Assembly (NCBI RefSeq): GCF_036365525.1
Contig: NC_090374.1
Location: 14,735,168 to 14,799,167 of the forward strand
Source of the DNA: Heterodontus francisci
Lineage: Eukaryota
Reading direction: 5' to 3'
DNA length: 64,000 nt
Part shown: piece by piece, positions 1 to 11,410 of the stretch
How positions within the stretch are numbered: the first letter of the stretch is position 1
How the letters are laid out: each line of letters starts with the position of its first letter
Position numbers and translations under genes: made by a program
The notes under the pieces: generated by a model
What the model was told of the DNA's origin: nothing
Seen by the model: only the letters and a program-made list of their open reading frames with translations
Database searches by the model: none

Positions 1-905
1 ATCCTATTCATGTATTTGTCAAGATGCCTCTTAAGCGTCATTATCGTACCTGCTTCCACCACCTCCCCCGGCAGCAAGTTCCAGGCGCTCACCACCCTCT
101 GTGTAAAGAACTTGCCCCGCACATCCCCTCTAAACTTTGCCCCTCGCACCTTAAACCTATGTCCCCTAGTAACTGACTCTTCCACCCTGGGAAAAAGCTT
201 CTGACTATCCACTCTGTCCATGCCTCTCATAAACCTCTATCATGTCGCCCCTCCACCTCCGTCATTCCAGTGAAAACAATCCGAGTTTATCCAACGTCTC
301 CTCATAGCTAATGCCCTCCAGACCAGGCAACATCCTGGTAAACCTCTTCTGTACCCTCTCCAAAGCCTCCACATCCTTCTGGTAGTGTGGCGACCAGAAT
401 TGCACGCAATATTCTAAGTGTGGCCTAACTAAAGTTCTGTACAGCTGCAGCATGACTTGCCAATTTTTATACTCTATGCCCCGACCGATGAAGGCAAGCA
501 TGCCGTATACCTTCTTGACTACCTTATCCACCTGTGTTGCCACTTTCAGTGACCTGTGGACCTGTATGCCCAGATCTCTCTGCCTGTCAATACTCCTAAG
601 GGTTCTGCCATTTACTGTATACTTCCCACCTGTATTAGATTGTCCAAAATGCAGTACCTCACATTTGTCCGAATTATACCCCTTCTGCCATTTCTCCGCC
701 CAAGTCTCCAACCGATCTATATCCTGCTGTATCCTCTGACAATCCTCATCACTGTCCGCAACACCACCAGCCTTTGTGTCGTCCGCAAACTTACTAATCA
801 GACCAGCTACATTTTCCTCCAAATCATTTATATATACTACAAAGAGCAAAGGTCCCAGCACTGATCCCTGCGGAACACCACTAGTCACATCCCTCCATTC
901 AGAAA
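1..905 (-). mobile_element. CR1 LINE ORF2 3' fragment (RT C-terminal)
   Basis: ORF 262-888 with [29 protein letters not shown]. Confidence 0.92.
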
Positions 906-1320
906 AGCACCTATTAGGAGGACCCTCCAGCAGAGGGCTGGTGAGGGACCCCCGCCGAGATCAAAAAGGGACAGGCAGGCACAAGGCTGGCAAAAGGTTA
1001 GACAGGGAAGGGGAAAAAGTGACCAAGAGGGCAGGTTAAAGGAAGTCAGGGAGGAATTCCAGATGAAAACCCCTACTGTCCGGTCAGCCTACCCTGAAAA
1101 ATGTGAAAAGTTAGACCCCACATCCTCCTACATAAATGCAAACACTAGAAGCACCCCACTGGAGTTGCTAACAGTATTTACAGGAACCTGCAGAAACAAA
1201 GAAAGACCTCTAGGGGGCAGAGAAACCATGAGGTTGATGCCTCACCTAGTCGAAGGGCCATACGGGAGTGCAGTAGAGTCTGCGCAAACACCTGCAGGCA
1301 GGAGTGTTCTCTGGGACAAA

Positions 1321-4300
1321 CAAAGAACAAAGATAATTACAGCACAGGAACAGGCCCTTCGGCCCTCCAAGCCTGCGCCGATCCAGATCCTCTCTCTAAA
1401 CATGTCGCCTATTTTCTAAGGTTCTGTATCTCTTTTCTTCCTGCCCATTCATGTATCTGTCTGGATACATCTTAAAAGACTCCATCGTGCCCGCATCTAC
1501 CACCTCTGCTGGCAATGCGTTCCAGGTGCCCACCACCCTCTGCGTAAAGAACTTTCCACGCATATCCCCCCTAAACTTTTCCCCTTTCACTTTGAACTCG
1601 TGTCCTCCAGTAATTGAAACCCCCACTCTGGGAAAAAGCCTCTTGCTATCCACCCTGTCTATACCTCTCATGATTTTGTACACCTCAATCAGGTCCCCCC
1701 TCAACCTCCGTCTTTCTAATGAAAATAATCCTAATCTACTCAACCTCTCTTCATAGCTAGCGCCCTCCATACCAGGCAACATCCTGGTGAACCTCCTCTG
1801 CACCCTCTCCAAAGCATCCACATCCTTTTGATAATGTGGCGACCAGAACTGTACGCAGTATTCCAAATGTGGCCGAACCAAAGTCCTATACAACTGTAAC
1901 ATGACCTGCCAACTCTTGTACTCAATACCCCGTCCGATGAAGGAAAGCATGCCGTATGCCTTCTTGACCACTCTATTTACCTGCGTTGCCACCTTCAGGG
2001 AACAGTGGACCTGAACACCCAAATCTCTCTGGACATCAATTTTCCCCAGGACTTTTCCATTTACTGTATAGTTCACTCTTGAATTGGATCTTCCAAAATG
2101 CATCACCTCGCATTTGCCCTGATTGAACTCCATCTGCCATTTCTCTGCCCAACTCTCCAGTCTATCTATATTCTGCTGTATTCTCTGACAGTCCCCTTCA
2201 CTATCTGCTACTCCACCAATCTTAGTGTCGTCTGCAAACTTGCTAATCAGACCACCTATACTTTCCTCCAAATCATTAATGTATATCACAAACAACAGTG
2301 GTCCCAGCACGGATCCCTGTGGAACACCACTGGTCACACGTCTCCATTTTGAGAAACTCCCTTCTACTGCTACTCTCTGTCTCCTGTTGCCCAGCCAGTT
2401 CTTTATCCATCTAGCTAGTACACCTTGGACCCCATGCGCCTTCACTTTCTCCATCAGCCTGCCATGGGGAACCTTATCAAACGCCTTACTGAAGTCCATG
2501 TATATGACATCGACAGCCCTTCCCTCATCAATCAACTTTGTCACTTCCTCAAAGAATTCTATTAAGTTGGTAAGACATGACCTTCCCTGCACAAAACCAT
2601 GTTGCCTATCACTGATAAGCCCATTTTCTTCCAAATGGGAATAGATCCTATCCCTCAGTAACTTCTCCAGCAGCTTCCCTACCACTGACGTCAGGCTCAC
2701 CGGTCTATAATTACCTGGATTACCCCTGCTACCCTTCTTAAACAAGGGGACAACATTAGCAATTCTCCAGTCCTCCGGGACCTCACCCGTGTTTAAGGAT
2801 GCTGCAAAGATATCTGTTAAGGCCCCAGCTATTTCCTCTCTCGCTTCCCTCAGTAACCTGGGATAGATCCCATCCGGACCTGGGGACTTGTCCACTTTAA
2901 TGCCCTTTAGAATACCCAACACTTCCTCCCTCCTTATGCCGACTTGACCTAGAGTAATCAAACATCTGTTCCTAACCTCAACATCCGTCATGTCCCTCTC
3001 CTCGGTGAATACCGATGCAAAGTACTCGTTTAGAATCTCACCCATTTTCTCTGAGTCCAAGCATAACATTCCTCCTTTGTCCTTTAGTGGGCCAATCCTT
3101 TCTCTAGTTACCCTCTTTCTCCTTATATATGAATAAAAGGCTTTGGGATTTTCCTTAACCCTGTTTGCTAAAGATATTTCATGACCCCTTTTAGCCCTCT
3201 TAATTCCTCGTTTCAGATTGGTCCTACATTCCCGATATTCTTTCAAAGCTTCGTCTTTCATCAGCCGCCTACACCTTATGTATGCTTCCTTTTTCCTCTT
3301 AGCTAGTCTCACAATTTCACCTGTCATCCATGGTTCCCTAATCTTGCCATTTCTATCCCTCATTTTCACAGGAACATGTCTCTCCTGCACGCTAATCAAC
3401 CTCTCTTTAAAAGCCTCCCACATATCACATGTGGATTTACCTTCAAACAGCTGCTCCCAATCTACATTTCCCAGCTCCTGCCGAATTTTGGTATAGTTGG
3501 CCTTCCCCCAATTTAGCACTCTTCCTTTAGGACCACTCTCGTCTTTGTCCATGAGTATTTTAAAACTTACGGAATTGTGATCACTATTCCCAAAGTAGTA
3601 CCCTACTGAAACTTCAACAACCTGGCCGGGCTCATTCCCCAACACCAGGTCCAGTATGGCCCCTTCCCGAGTTGGACTATTTACATACTGCTCTAGAAAA
3701 CCCTCCTGGATGCTCCTTACAAATTCTGCTCCATCTGGACCTCTAACACTAAGCGAATCCCAGTCAATGTTGGGAAAATTAAAATCTCCTATCACCACCA
3801 CCCTGTTGCTCCTACATCTTTCAATAATCTGTTTACATATTTGTACCTCTATCTCACGCTCGCTGTTGGGAGGCCTGTAGTACAGCCCCAACATTGTTAC
3901 CGCACCCTTCCTATTTCTGAGTTCTGTCCATATTGCCTCACTGCTCGAGTCCTCCATAGTGCCCTCCTTCAGCACAGCTGTGATATCCTTTTTGACCAGT
4001 AATGCAACTCCTCCACCCCTTTTACCTCCCTCTCTATCCCGCCTGAAGCATCGATATCCTGGGATATTTAGTTGCCAATCATGCCCTTCCCTCAACCAAG
4101 TCTCAGTAATAGCAATAACATCATACTCCCAGGTACTAATCCAAGCCCTAAGTTCATCTGCCTTACCTACTACACTTCTTGCATTAAAACAAATGCACCT
4201 CAGACCACCAGTCCCTTTATATTCATCATCTGCTCCCTGCCTGCTCTTCCCCTTAGTCACACTGACTTCATTATCTAGTTCCTTACAGGCTTTTGTTACT

Positions 4301-4714
4301 ACCTCCTTACTGTCAACTGACCTCAATTGGTTCCCATCCCCCTGCCACATTAGTTTAAACCCTCCCCAACAGCGTTAGCAAAAGCACCTCCAAGGACATT
4401 GGTTCCAGTCCGGCCCAGGTGTAGACCGTCCAATTTGTAATAGTCCCACCTCCCCCAGAACCGGTCCCAATGTCCCAAAAATCTGAACCCCTCCTTCCTG
4501 CACCATCTCTCAAGCCACGCATTCATCCTGACTATTCTTTCATTTTTACTCTGACTATCACGTGGCACTGGTAGTAATCCTGAGATTACTACCTCTGAGG
4601 TCCTACTTTTTAACTTGGCTCCTAACTCCCTAAACTCTGCTTGTAGGACCTCATCCCGTTTTTTACCTATATCATTAGTGCCTATGTGCACAATGACAAC
4701 TGGCTGTTCACCAG
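1321..4714 (-). mobile_element. Young 5'-truncated CR1 LINE with intact ORF2 and ORF1 esterase C-terminus
   Basis: GGGACAAA flanks both ends (1313-1320, 4715-4722). (tctttgt)-type tail. ORF1 stop and ORF2 start overlap as TAATG. Confidence 0.93.
1396..4350 (-). CDS. CR1 ORF2: APE endonuclease + reverse transcriptase, 984 aa, uninterrupted
   Basis: NARS, ITETW, GDFNFP, LDLVL, SDHN (endonuclease); [30 protein letters not shown] (RT). Confidence 0.95.
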   Translation of the reverse strand: MWQGDGNQLRSVDSKEVVTKACKELDNEVSVTKGKSRQGADDEYKGTGGLRCICFNARSVVGKADELRAWISTWEYDVIAITETWLREGHDWQLNIPGYRCFRRDREGGKRGGGVALLVKKDITAVLKEGTMEDSSSEAIWTELRNRKGAVTMLGLYYRPPNSEREIEVQICKQIIERCRSNRVVVIGDFNFPNIDWDSLSVRGPDGAEFVRSIQEGFLEQYVNSPTREGAILDLVLGNEPGQVVEVSVGYYFGNSDHNSVSFKILMDKDESGPKGRVLNWGKANYTKIRQELGNVDWEQLFEGKSTCDMWEAFKERLISVQERHVPVKMRDRNGKIREPWMTGEIVRLAKRKKEAYIRCRRLMKDEALKEYRECRTNLKRGIKRAKRGHEISLANRVKENPKAFYSYIRRKRVTRERIGPLKDKGGMLCLDSEKMGEILNEYFASVFTEERDMTDVEVRNRCLITLGQVGIRREEVLGILKGIKVDKSPGPDGIYPRLLREAREEIAGALTDIFAASLNTGEVPEDWRIANVVPLFKKGSRGNPGNYRPVSLTSVVGKLLEKLLRDRIYSHLEENGLISDRQHGFVQGRSCLTNLIEFFEEVTKLIDEGRAVDVIYMDFSKAFDKVPHGRLMEKVKAHGVQGVLARWIKNWLGNRRQRVAVEGSFSKWRRVTSGVPQGSVLGPLLFVIYINDLEESIGGLISKFADDTKIGGVADSEGDCQRIQQNIDRLESWAEKWQMEFNQGKCEVMHFGRSNSRVNYTVNGKVLGKIDVQRDLGVQVHCSLKVATQVNRVVKKAYGMLSFIGRGIEYKSWQVMLQLYRTLVRPHLEYCVQFWSPHYQKDVDALERVQRRFTRMLPGMEGASYEERLSRLGLFSLERRRLRGDLIEVYKIMRGIDRVDSKRLFPRVGVSITGGHEFKVKGEKFRGDMRGKFFTQRVVGTWNALPAEVVDAGTMESFKMYPDRYMNGQEEKRYRTLENRRHV

Positions 4715-6375
4715 GGGACAAAGGGGAGATTAGCAAAGAATCCTCCCCCACAGTCAGAATCAAATAGAAACCACCCATCCCCCTTTTGAGACCTCAACAG
4801 GAACAAAGACCCCAGCAAGCTATGGAAAGGGGCAAACAGAAGAGAAACTTCCCAAAAAAAGAGAACCACATGTTCATTGGGATGCTAAAAAGGGGGCAAT
4901 TCAAGCAGCACTGGCACCACGAGAGGACAGGCTATAATAAGTTTTAGGATTTATGAATGAATTGGACTGAATGTTTTGTTTCTGTATTTTACATTTTTCT
5001 CTCGACCCTTTTAATGAAATATGCATTTCTCAAATCACATTTCATTCCACTGGGTCTGGAAGTGTCATGCAGGCACCCACTTGCCAAGCATGAGGCATAT
5101 TAATTTCGCCACATGGACATTAAATTTCAAACTGTTGTTGAAGTGAAGAAAGGACTTGCTTTAAAAAATTGCCAGATCTTGGCTGGAAAGATATTTGCAT
5201 ATTAACAGACAGTGTTTGGAAGGACAAAGCAGCCATTCCCTGACACATTCAACCCACAATGGACCCTTGGCTGGAAAGACATTTGCATATTAACAGAGAG
5301 TGCTTAGAAAGGACAAAGGACCATTCCCTGACACATTTAGCCCACAATGGACTTTTGTTCACCAGACTTTGAAGGTGGAGGTGCTTGCATTCCAGGTTGA
5401 CTGCTAAGATGGCTGAATACATAAATGGACATGGTTAAACCAGCTAGTCACATGACTAACCTGCTGGGCAACCTGAGTTTTTTGAATTTGTGCAAACAGT
5501 TTGGGCAGAAGGTCAGTTTGCTCCTGGACTGAGAAGATCTCTCCTGTCTGCTCCCATTTCTTTCTCACAAGCCTCTGAATCCACTGAAGACACATGAACC
5601 CCAAGAGAGAAAAGTCTCCTACAGTGAACAAAGTTTAAGAAGAATACTGGGTCCCAACAAAAAGCAAGATCTACCTGCAATCAAGGACTCTACAGTGAGC
5701 TCAAAGAACTGTAACAACAATTCTTCAGATATTGCCTCAAACTTTTCCACTTTATTTTTCTTCTGCTCTTTTCTGTCTCTATTTGCATGTGTATCGCATG
5801 TGCATGCTAGCGTGGGTGTGTCGTGTATCCGTAGGCGTTAACCAAATTAGAGTTTAAGTTTAATAAATTTAAACTTTTCTTCTTTAAACCTAAGAAAGCC
5901 TGTTTGTGCTGGTTTCTTTGCCTTATAATTGGAAAGCGGTGAACATGGATTCACTAAAGGGGAGCTAAAAACATGGTGTGTTTAAAATTAAACCCTGTTA
6001 CAGTAAGACCGGGTGAAGGCTGAGAGGGAACCCTAGACACCTTTCTCTCTTGGTCGTAACAAGTGATGGATACCTGAGTTACAGGCTGGAAGCTAATCAC
6101 AGGGGGTGAGTGGTTGTCATGTTGGGATTGAGAATCCAGTCTGGATGCGGTGACACTTGCATCTTCCTCTTCAGACACAGTGCTCTCCGATCACATCAGG
6201 GGAGAAATCACATACGGTGTCAACTCATTTACATCTGTAACAACAGATGATCTAATTGAGGTATTTAATATGATTAAAGGATTTCCTCTGGTTGGGGGAG
6301 TGCAGAAGAAGGGGCATAATCTTAAAATTAGAATTCGGGTCAGACAGGGGTGATGCCAGGAAGCACTTCTTCACA

Positions 6376-8170
6376 TGATCTTTATGTCGTCATTGTCGAC
6401 AGGAATAGTGCCGGAAGACTGGAGGATAGCAAATGTTGTCCCCTTGTTCAAGAAGGGGAGTAGAGACAGCCCTGGTAATTAGATTAGAGATACAGCACTG
6501 AAACAGGCCCTTTGGCCCCCCGAGTCTGTGCCGAACATCAACCACCCATTTTTTATACTAATCCTACACTAATCCCATATTCCCAACAAACATCCCCACC
6601 TGTCCCTATATTTCCCTACCACCTACCTATACTAGTGACAATTTATAATGGCCAATTTACCTATCAACCTGCAAGTCTTTTGGCTTGTGGGAGGAAACCG
6701 GAGCACCCGGAGAAAACCCACGCAGACACAGGGAGAACTTGCAAACTCCACACAGGCAGTACCCGGAATCGAACCCGGGTCCCTGGAGCTGTGAGGCTGC
6801 GGTGCTAACCACTGCGCCACTGTGCCGCCCTGTGAGCCTTACTTCGGTTGTGGGTAAAATGTTGGAAAAGGTTATAAGAGATAGGATTTATAATCATCTT
6901 GAAAAGAATAAGTTCATTAGCGCTAGTCAGCATGGTTTTGTGAAGGGTAGGTCGTGCCTCACAAACCTTATTGAGTTTTTCGAGAAGGTGACCAAACAGG
7001 TGGATGAGGGTAAAGCCGTGGATGTGGTGTATATGGATTTCAGTAAGGCGTTTGATAAGGTTCCCCACGGTAGGCTATTGCAGAAAATACGGAAGTATGG
7101 GGTTGAAGGTGATTTAGAGCTTTGGATCAGAAATTGGCTAGCTGAAAGAAGACAGAGGGTGGTGGTTGATGGCAAATGTTCATCCTGGAGTTTAGTTACT
7201 AGTGGTGTACCGCAAGGATCTGTTTTGGGGCCACTGCTGTTTGTCATTTTTATAAATGACCTGGAAGAGGGTGTAGAAGGGTGGGTTAGTAAATTTGCGG
7301 ATGACACGAAGGTCGGTGGAGTTGTGGATAGTGTCGAAGGGTGTTGTAGGGTACAGAGGGACATAGATAGGCTGCAGAGCTGGGCTGAGAGATGGCAAAT
7401 GGAGTTTAATGCGGAGAAGTGTGAGGTGATTCACTTTGGAAGGAGTAACAGCAATGCAGAGTACTGGGCTAATGGGAAGATTCTTGGTAGTGTAGATGAG
7501 CAGAGAGATCTTGGTGTCCAGGTACATAAATCCCTGAAAGTTGCTACCCAGGTTAATAGGGCTGTTAAGAAGGCATATGGTGTGTTAGCTTTTATTAGTA
7601 GGGGGATCGAGTTTCGGAGCCACGAGGTCATGATGCAGCTGTACAAAACTCTGGTGAGGCCGCACCTTGAGTATTGTGTGCAGTTCTGGTCACCGCATTA
7701 TAGGAAGGATGTGGAAGCTTTGGAAAGGGTGCAGAGGAGATTTACTAGGATGTTGCCTGGTATGGAAGGAAGGTCTTACGAGGAAAGGCTGAGGGACTTG
7801 GGGTTGTTTTCGTTAGAGAGAAGGAGGAGGAGAGGTGACTTAATAGAGACATATAAGATAATCAGAGGGTTAGATAGGGTGGATAGTGAGAGTCTTTTTC
7901 CTCGGATGGTGATGGCAAACACGAGGGGACATAGCTTTAAGTTGGGGGGTGAAAGATATAGGACAGATGTCAGAGGTAGTTTCTTTACACAGAGAGTAGT
8001 AGGGGCGTGGAACGCCCTGCCTGCAACAGTAGTAGACTCGCCAACTTTAAGGGCATTTAAGTGGTCATTGGATAGACATATGGATGAAAATGGAATAGTG
8101 TAGGTCAGATGGTCGGCGCAACATCGAGGGCCGAAGGGCCTGTACTGCGCTGTAATGTTCTAATTCTAAT
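6376..8170 (+). mobile_element. 5'-truncated CR1 (RT region) with a SINE inserted at 6478-6829
   Basis: ORF 6685-8103 RT motifs. (ttctaa) tail. Same subfamily as 15003-18855. Confidence 0.92.
6478..6829 (-). mobile_element. tRNA-derived V-SINE (HE1-like)
   Basis: Head ggcggcacagtggcgcagtggttagcac, B-box gggttcgattcc, V core gcgtgggttttctccgggtgctccggtttcctccca, CR1-like 3' end. Confidence 0.88.
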
Positions 8171-8371
8171 AAAGGGCGGTAGAAATCTGGAACCTTCTCC
8201 CGCAAAAAAGCTGCTGGTTTGGGAGTCAATTGAGATGGATAGCTTTTTGTTTGGAATGGGTGTTGATAGTTATGAAACCAAGGCAGGTAGATGCAGTTAG
8301 GACACTGTTCAGCCATGATCTACGGCACAGGATCGAGCGACTGAATGGCCTTTTCGTGTTGCAGATTCCTT

Positions 8372-9094
8372 GGCCGGAATTGTACAGTGGGCGGACGGGA
8401 GCTGGACTCTGACGTAAGGGTTGGTGCCGAACCCACTTCCGCCCAGCCTGGGGATCCGTCCCGTATTTTACGGATTCCCAGGCTTTAATTGGCCCGAGGC
8501 AGGACTTCCATCCACTTGAGGGAGGAGGTCCTGCCTCAGTGAGCTGCCGGCCAATCAGCGGGCCAGCAGCTCTTAGTCTCAGCAGCACCACCGGGAGTGG
8601 TGGCCACTGCTGGGACTGCAGCCCAGCCGACTGAGCCGGATACCATGGAGCCGGGACTGAAGGTAAGTTTTGGTTGCCTCACCAGGGGAATCGGTCGTGC
8701 CCTGGTGAGGCTAGGGTGGTCGTTTGGGGGGAGGGGGGCATCTTGGATCGCGGGGTTGGGTTGGGAGGCGGGGGTGGCCCTCAATCGGGCACTCAGTGCC
8801 CGATTGCCAGGCACCCCCCCCCCCCCCCCCACCCGGGGTGCGGAAAGGCCGGCAGCTATAGCTGGCCGGCTTTTCACGTCCCCTGCACACCCGCTTGCCA
8901 CTGGTAAAATACCCATGGAGGCGGGCGAGGGCCCTTAAGTGGCCGTTAAGTGGCCGAACCCCCCCCGCCGTCGGACCTCCGTAAACATGGTCGGAGGTGG
9001 AATTGGGGTGGTTAGGTCTCCCGGAGCCTGCCAGTCAATTTTACGCTGCCCCCACGCCATCATGCAACCCGCCGGGCGGTGTAAAATTCCGGCC
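8372..9094. mobile_element. GC-rich MITE / non-autonomous DNA transposon (Harbinger-like)
   Basis: TIRs ggccggaattgtac...gtaaaattccggcc, CTT on both flanks, related copy at 60823-61466. Confidence 0.7.
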
Positions 9095-9174
9095 CTTGTG
9101 TTTTGCTAGGAATCTGACAGACTCTATCCCTCTCTGTTTCTCTGACTCTGACGGCTGCCCCCCTGGACTTTTAC

Positions 9175-9186
9175 CCACTCGTGATC
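9175..9186 (-). CDS. Paralog A 12-nt micro-exon (R-S-R-V)
   Basis: ttttattgtttcagtacag|GATCACGAGTGG|gtaaaa on the - strand, homologous to 26936-26947. Confidence 0.6.
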
Positions 9187-9265
9187 CTGTACTGAAACAA
9201 TAAAAAAACAATAAAATTTTGTGCAACAAAATGAATTTGAACAGTTAATATTAGAAAGCACCTAC

Positions 9266-9326
9266 TGTAACCCCGCACCGATACCGACAACAGGACAGTG
9301 GAAAGCCAAACGTAGAGAGAACTCAT
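9266..9326 (-). CDS. SIGLEC15-like: Paralog A leader exon (MSSLYVWLSTVLLSVSVRGY), divergently oriented
   Basis: Reverse complement closely matches 26800-26860. ATG and A|gtaggt donor are intact. Ig exons not seen; they may lie left of the window. Confidence 0.72.
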
Positions 9327-9419
9327 CGCCAACTCTTCGGTGTTTCGTCCTTCTCAGTCGCTGCTTCTTGTCTCTTTACACTGAAATATAGAAGTTGCTC
9401 AAAGTGTTTCTTCACTTCC

Positions 9420-9725
9420 TAAGAAACTTTGCAAAAACTGATGGAAATCTTCCTGAATTTACTGGCTAACAGGAAGTCTATTCATGTTGATTTGAAAAAG
9501 AGAGCAAAGTGTTGCTGACTAACAGACCAGGGATATTTATATAACTGTTGGCAAAAAGAGGGACAAACCACAGCATCAAGTGAGAATGAAAGATGCTGCA
9601 TTAGCTTCCAGTATTGTCAGAATGTCCATCAAACTCTATGGGGGTTAAATTGATTAGCAGGGAGGAGGAGTGTTGGGATGGCGTTAGGCGAATAACCCAC
9701 ATCCGTAGATTGTGCTGCACACAGC
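9420..9725 (-). promoter_or_regulatory. Putative promoter of paralog A (RUNX TGTGGTT, ETS GGAA cores, TGCTGACTAA MARE/AP-1-like, TATA-like)
   Basis: Block directly upstream of the leader, conserved with 58557-58850 and 63085-63256. Motifs read by eye. Confidence 0.45.
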
Positions 9726-9854
9726 AGATAGAATCTCTGCTGTCTACTGATTTCCATGATTACTGTGTGCAGGCAGTGTTACTCAAGCTGTTAATTGGCT
9801 GCAGGCATCGGAAGTGAGATTGAAATTGGAAGTCTGTAACGCCACTTAAGGCAT

Positions 9855-10285
9855 TTTTAAAAATTATTTCATGTGATGTGAACGTCACTGGCAAGTCCAG
9901 CATTTATTGCCTCCCTAAATGCCCTTGAGAAGGTGATGGTGAGACACCCTCTTGAACTGTTGCAGTCTGTGTACACCCACAATGCGGTTAGGAAGGGAAT
10001 CCAGGATTTTGACCCAGCAACAGTGAAGGAATGGCGATATAGTTCCAAGTCAGAATGGTGTGTGGCTTGGAGGGGAATTTGCAGGTGGTGGTGTTCCCAT
10101 GGGTCTGCTACACTTGTCCTTCTGGGTGGTAGACGATCGTAAGCTTGGAAGGTGCTGTTGAAGGATCCTTACTGAGTTGCAGCAATGCATCTTGTAGATG
10201 GTACACACTGCTGCTGTGGTGGGTTAGTGGTGAAGGGATTGAATGTTGAAGGTGGTGGATGGGTGCCAGTCAAGCGGGCTTCTTG
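9855..10285 (-). mobile_element. Old CR1-clade LINE 3' fragment
   Basis: Similar to 62640-62940 and to the rc of 27985-28150. Confidence 0.55.
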
Positions 10286-10289
10286 AGGT

Positions 10290-10690
10290 CTGCACTGAGT
10301 GCTGCTGGAGGGCACAGAGTGGGAAGAAGGCAGTTTGGTAAGTGAGGGAGTTGGCTAAGGATGGGAACTATAAATTAATTCAGAGAAAATAAATTAAATT
10401 AACAGAATAAAGATAGCAGGAGAGGTGATGTGTCGTGGCTGCAGTATGTGGGAGCTCTGGATGCCACTGAAATCCATGACAACCACTTGTGTAGTAAGTG
10501 TCAGCAGCTTGAGGAGCTTCGGTTCAGAGTCATTGAACTGGAGATCAAGCTGCAGACACTACGATGCATCAGGGAGGGGGAATGTTACCTGGATACTTTG
10601 TTTCAGAAGGCAGACCTCTTAGGATAGGGTCATCTGTTTTGGTCCGTGGCCAGCGACAGGAGGGTGTGACTGTGAATCTGGCAGGTACAT
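10290..10690 (+). mobile_element. Degenerate CR1 5' end / ORF1 zinc-finger fragment
   Basis: CRGCSMWE..CSKCQQLEELRFRVIELE, like the ORF1 at 17850-18791. Confidence 0.75.
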
Positions 10691-10704
10691 CTACAGGTTC
10701 CCGT

Positions 10705-11038
10705 TTTTATTTTTTAAATTTTTTTTATTTAGAGACACAGCACTGAAACAGGCCCTTCAGCCCACCGAGTCTGTGCCGACCAACAGCCACCCATTTATAC
10801 TAACCCTACAGTAATCCCATATTCCCTATCACCTCCCTACACTAGGGGCAATTTACAACGGCCAATTTACCTATCACCTGCAAGTTTTTTGGTGGTGGAA
10901 GGAAACCGGAGCACCCGGCGAAAACCCACGCAGACACAGGGAGAACTTGCAAACTCCGCACAGGCAGTACCCAGAATTGAACCCGGGTCCCTGGAGCTGT
11001 GAGGCTGCGGTGCTAACCACTGCGCCACTGTGCTGCCC
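10705..11038 (-). mobile_element. V-SINE (HE1-like)
   Basis: Same family as 6478-6829. Confidence 0.88.
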
Positions 11039-11089
11039 ATGAACAATTGGAGGAGAGGGCTCAGCGACACGGGGTCAAAGTGAAAGGGT

Positions 11090-11410
11090 TATTTATTTTA
11101 TTTAGAGATACAGCACTGAAACAGGCCCTTCGGCTCACCGAGCCTGTGCCGACCAACAACCACCCATTTATACTAACCCTACAGTAATCCCATATTCCCT
11201 ACCACCTACCTACACTAGGGGCAATTTACTATGGCCAATTTACCTATCACCTGCAAGTCTTTGGCTGTGAGAGGAAACCGGAGCACCCAGCGAAAACCCA
11301 CGCGGTCACAGGAAAAACTTGCAAACTCCACACAGGCAGTACGCAGAATTGGACCCAGGTCCCTGGAGCTGTGAGGCTGCGGTGCTAACCACTGCGTCAC
11401 TGTGCCACCC
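11090..11410 (-). mobile_element. V-SINE (HE1-like)
   Basis: Same family as 6478-6829. Confidence 0.88.

Larger units (their letters stand above)
906..6061 (+). mobile_element. LTR (Gypsy-like) retrotransposon remnant: 3' internal region (906-1320, 4715-5062) and LTR 5063-6061, split by a CR1
   Basis: TGTCAT...CGTAACA termini. LTR is homologous to the solo LTR at 48419-49257. Purine-rich tract precedes the LTR. Confidence 0.65.

Noticed and set aside
5954-6240. Possible - strand exon (VSEEEDASVTASRLDSQ...) for paralog A
   Set aside because: Stops in all frames after the candidate acceptor, no counterpart in gene B, and the ORF runs into an LTR.
6750-6829. tRNA-like sequences (also at other SINE heads)
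   Set aside because: SINE heads with A/B boxes, not complete tRNA genes.
6685-8103. 472-aa ORF with a novel N-terminus
   Set aside because: Chance in-frame fusion of an antisense SINE with CR1 RT.
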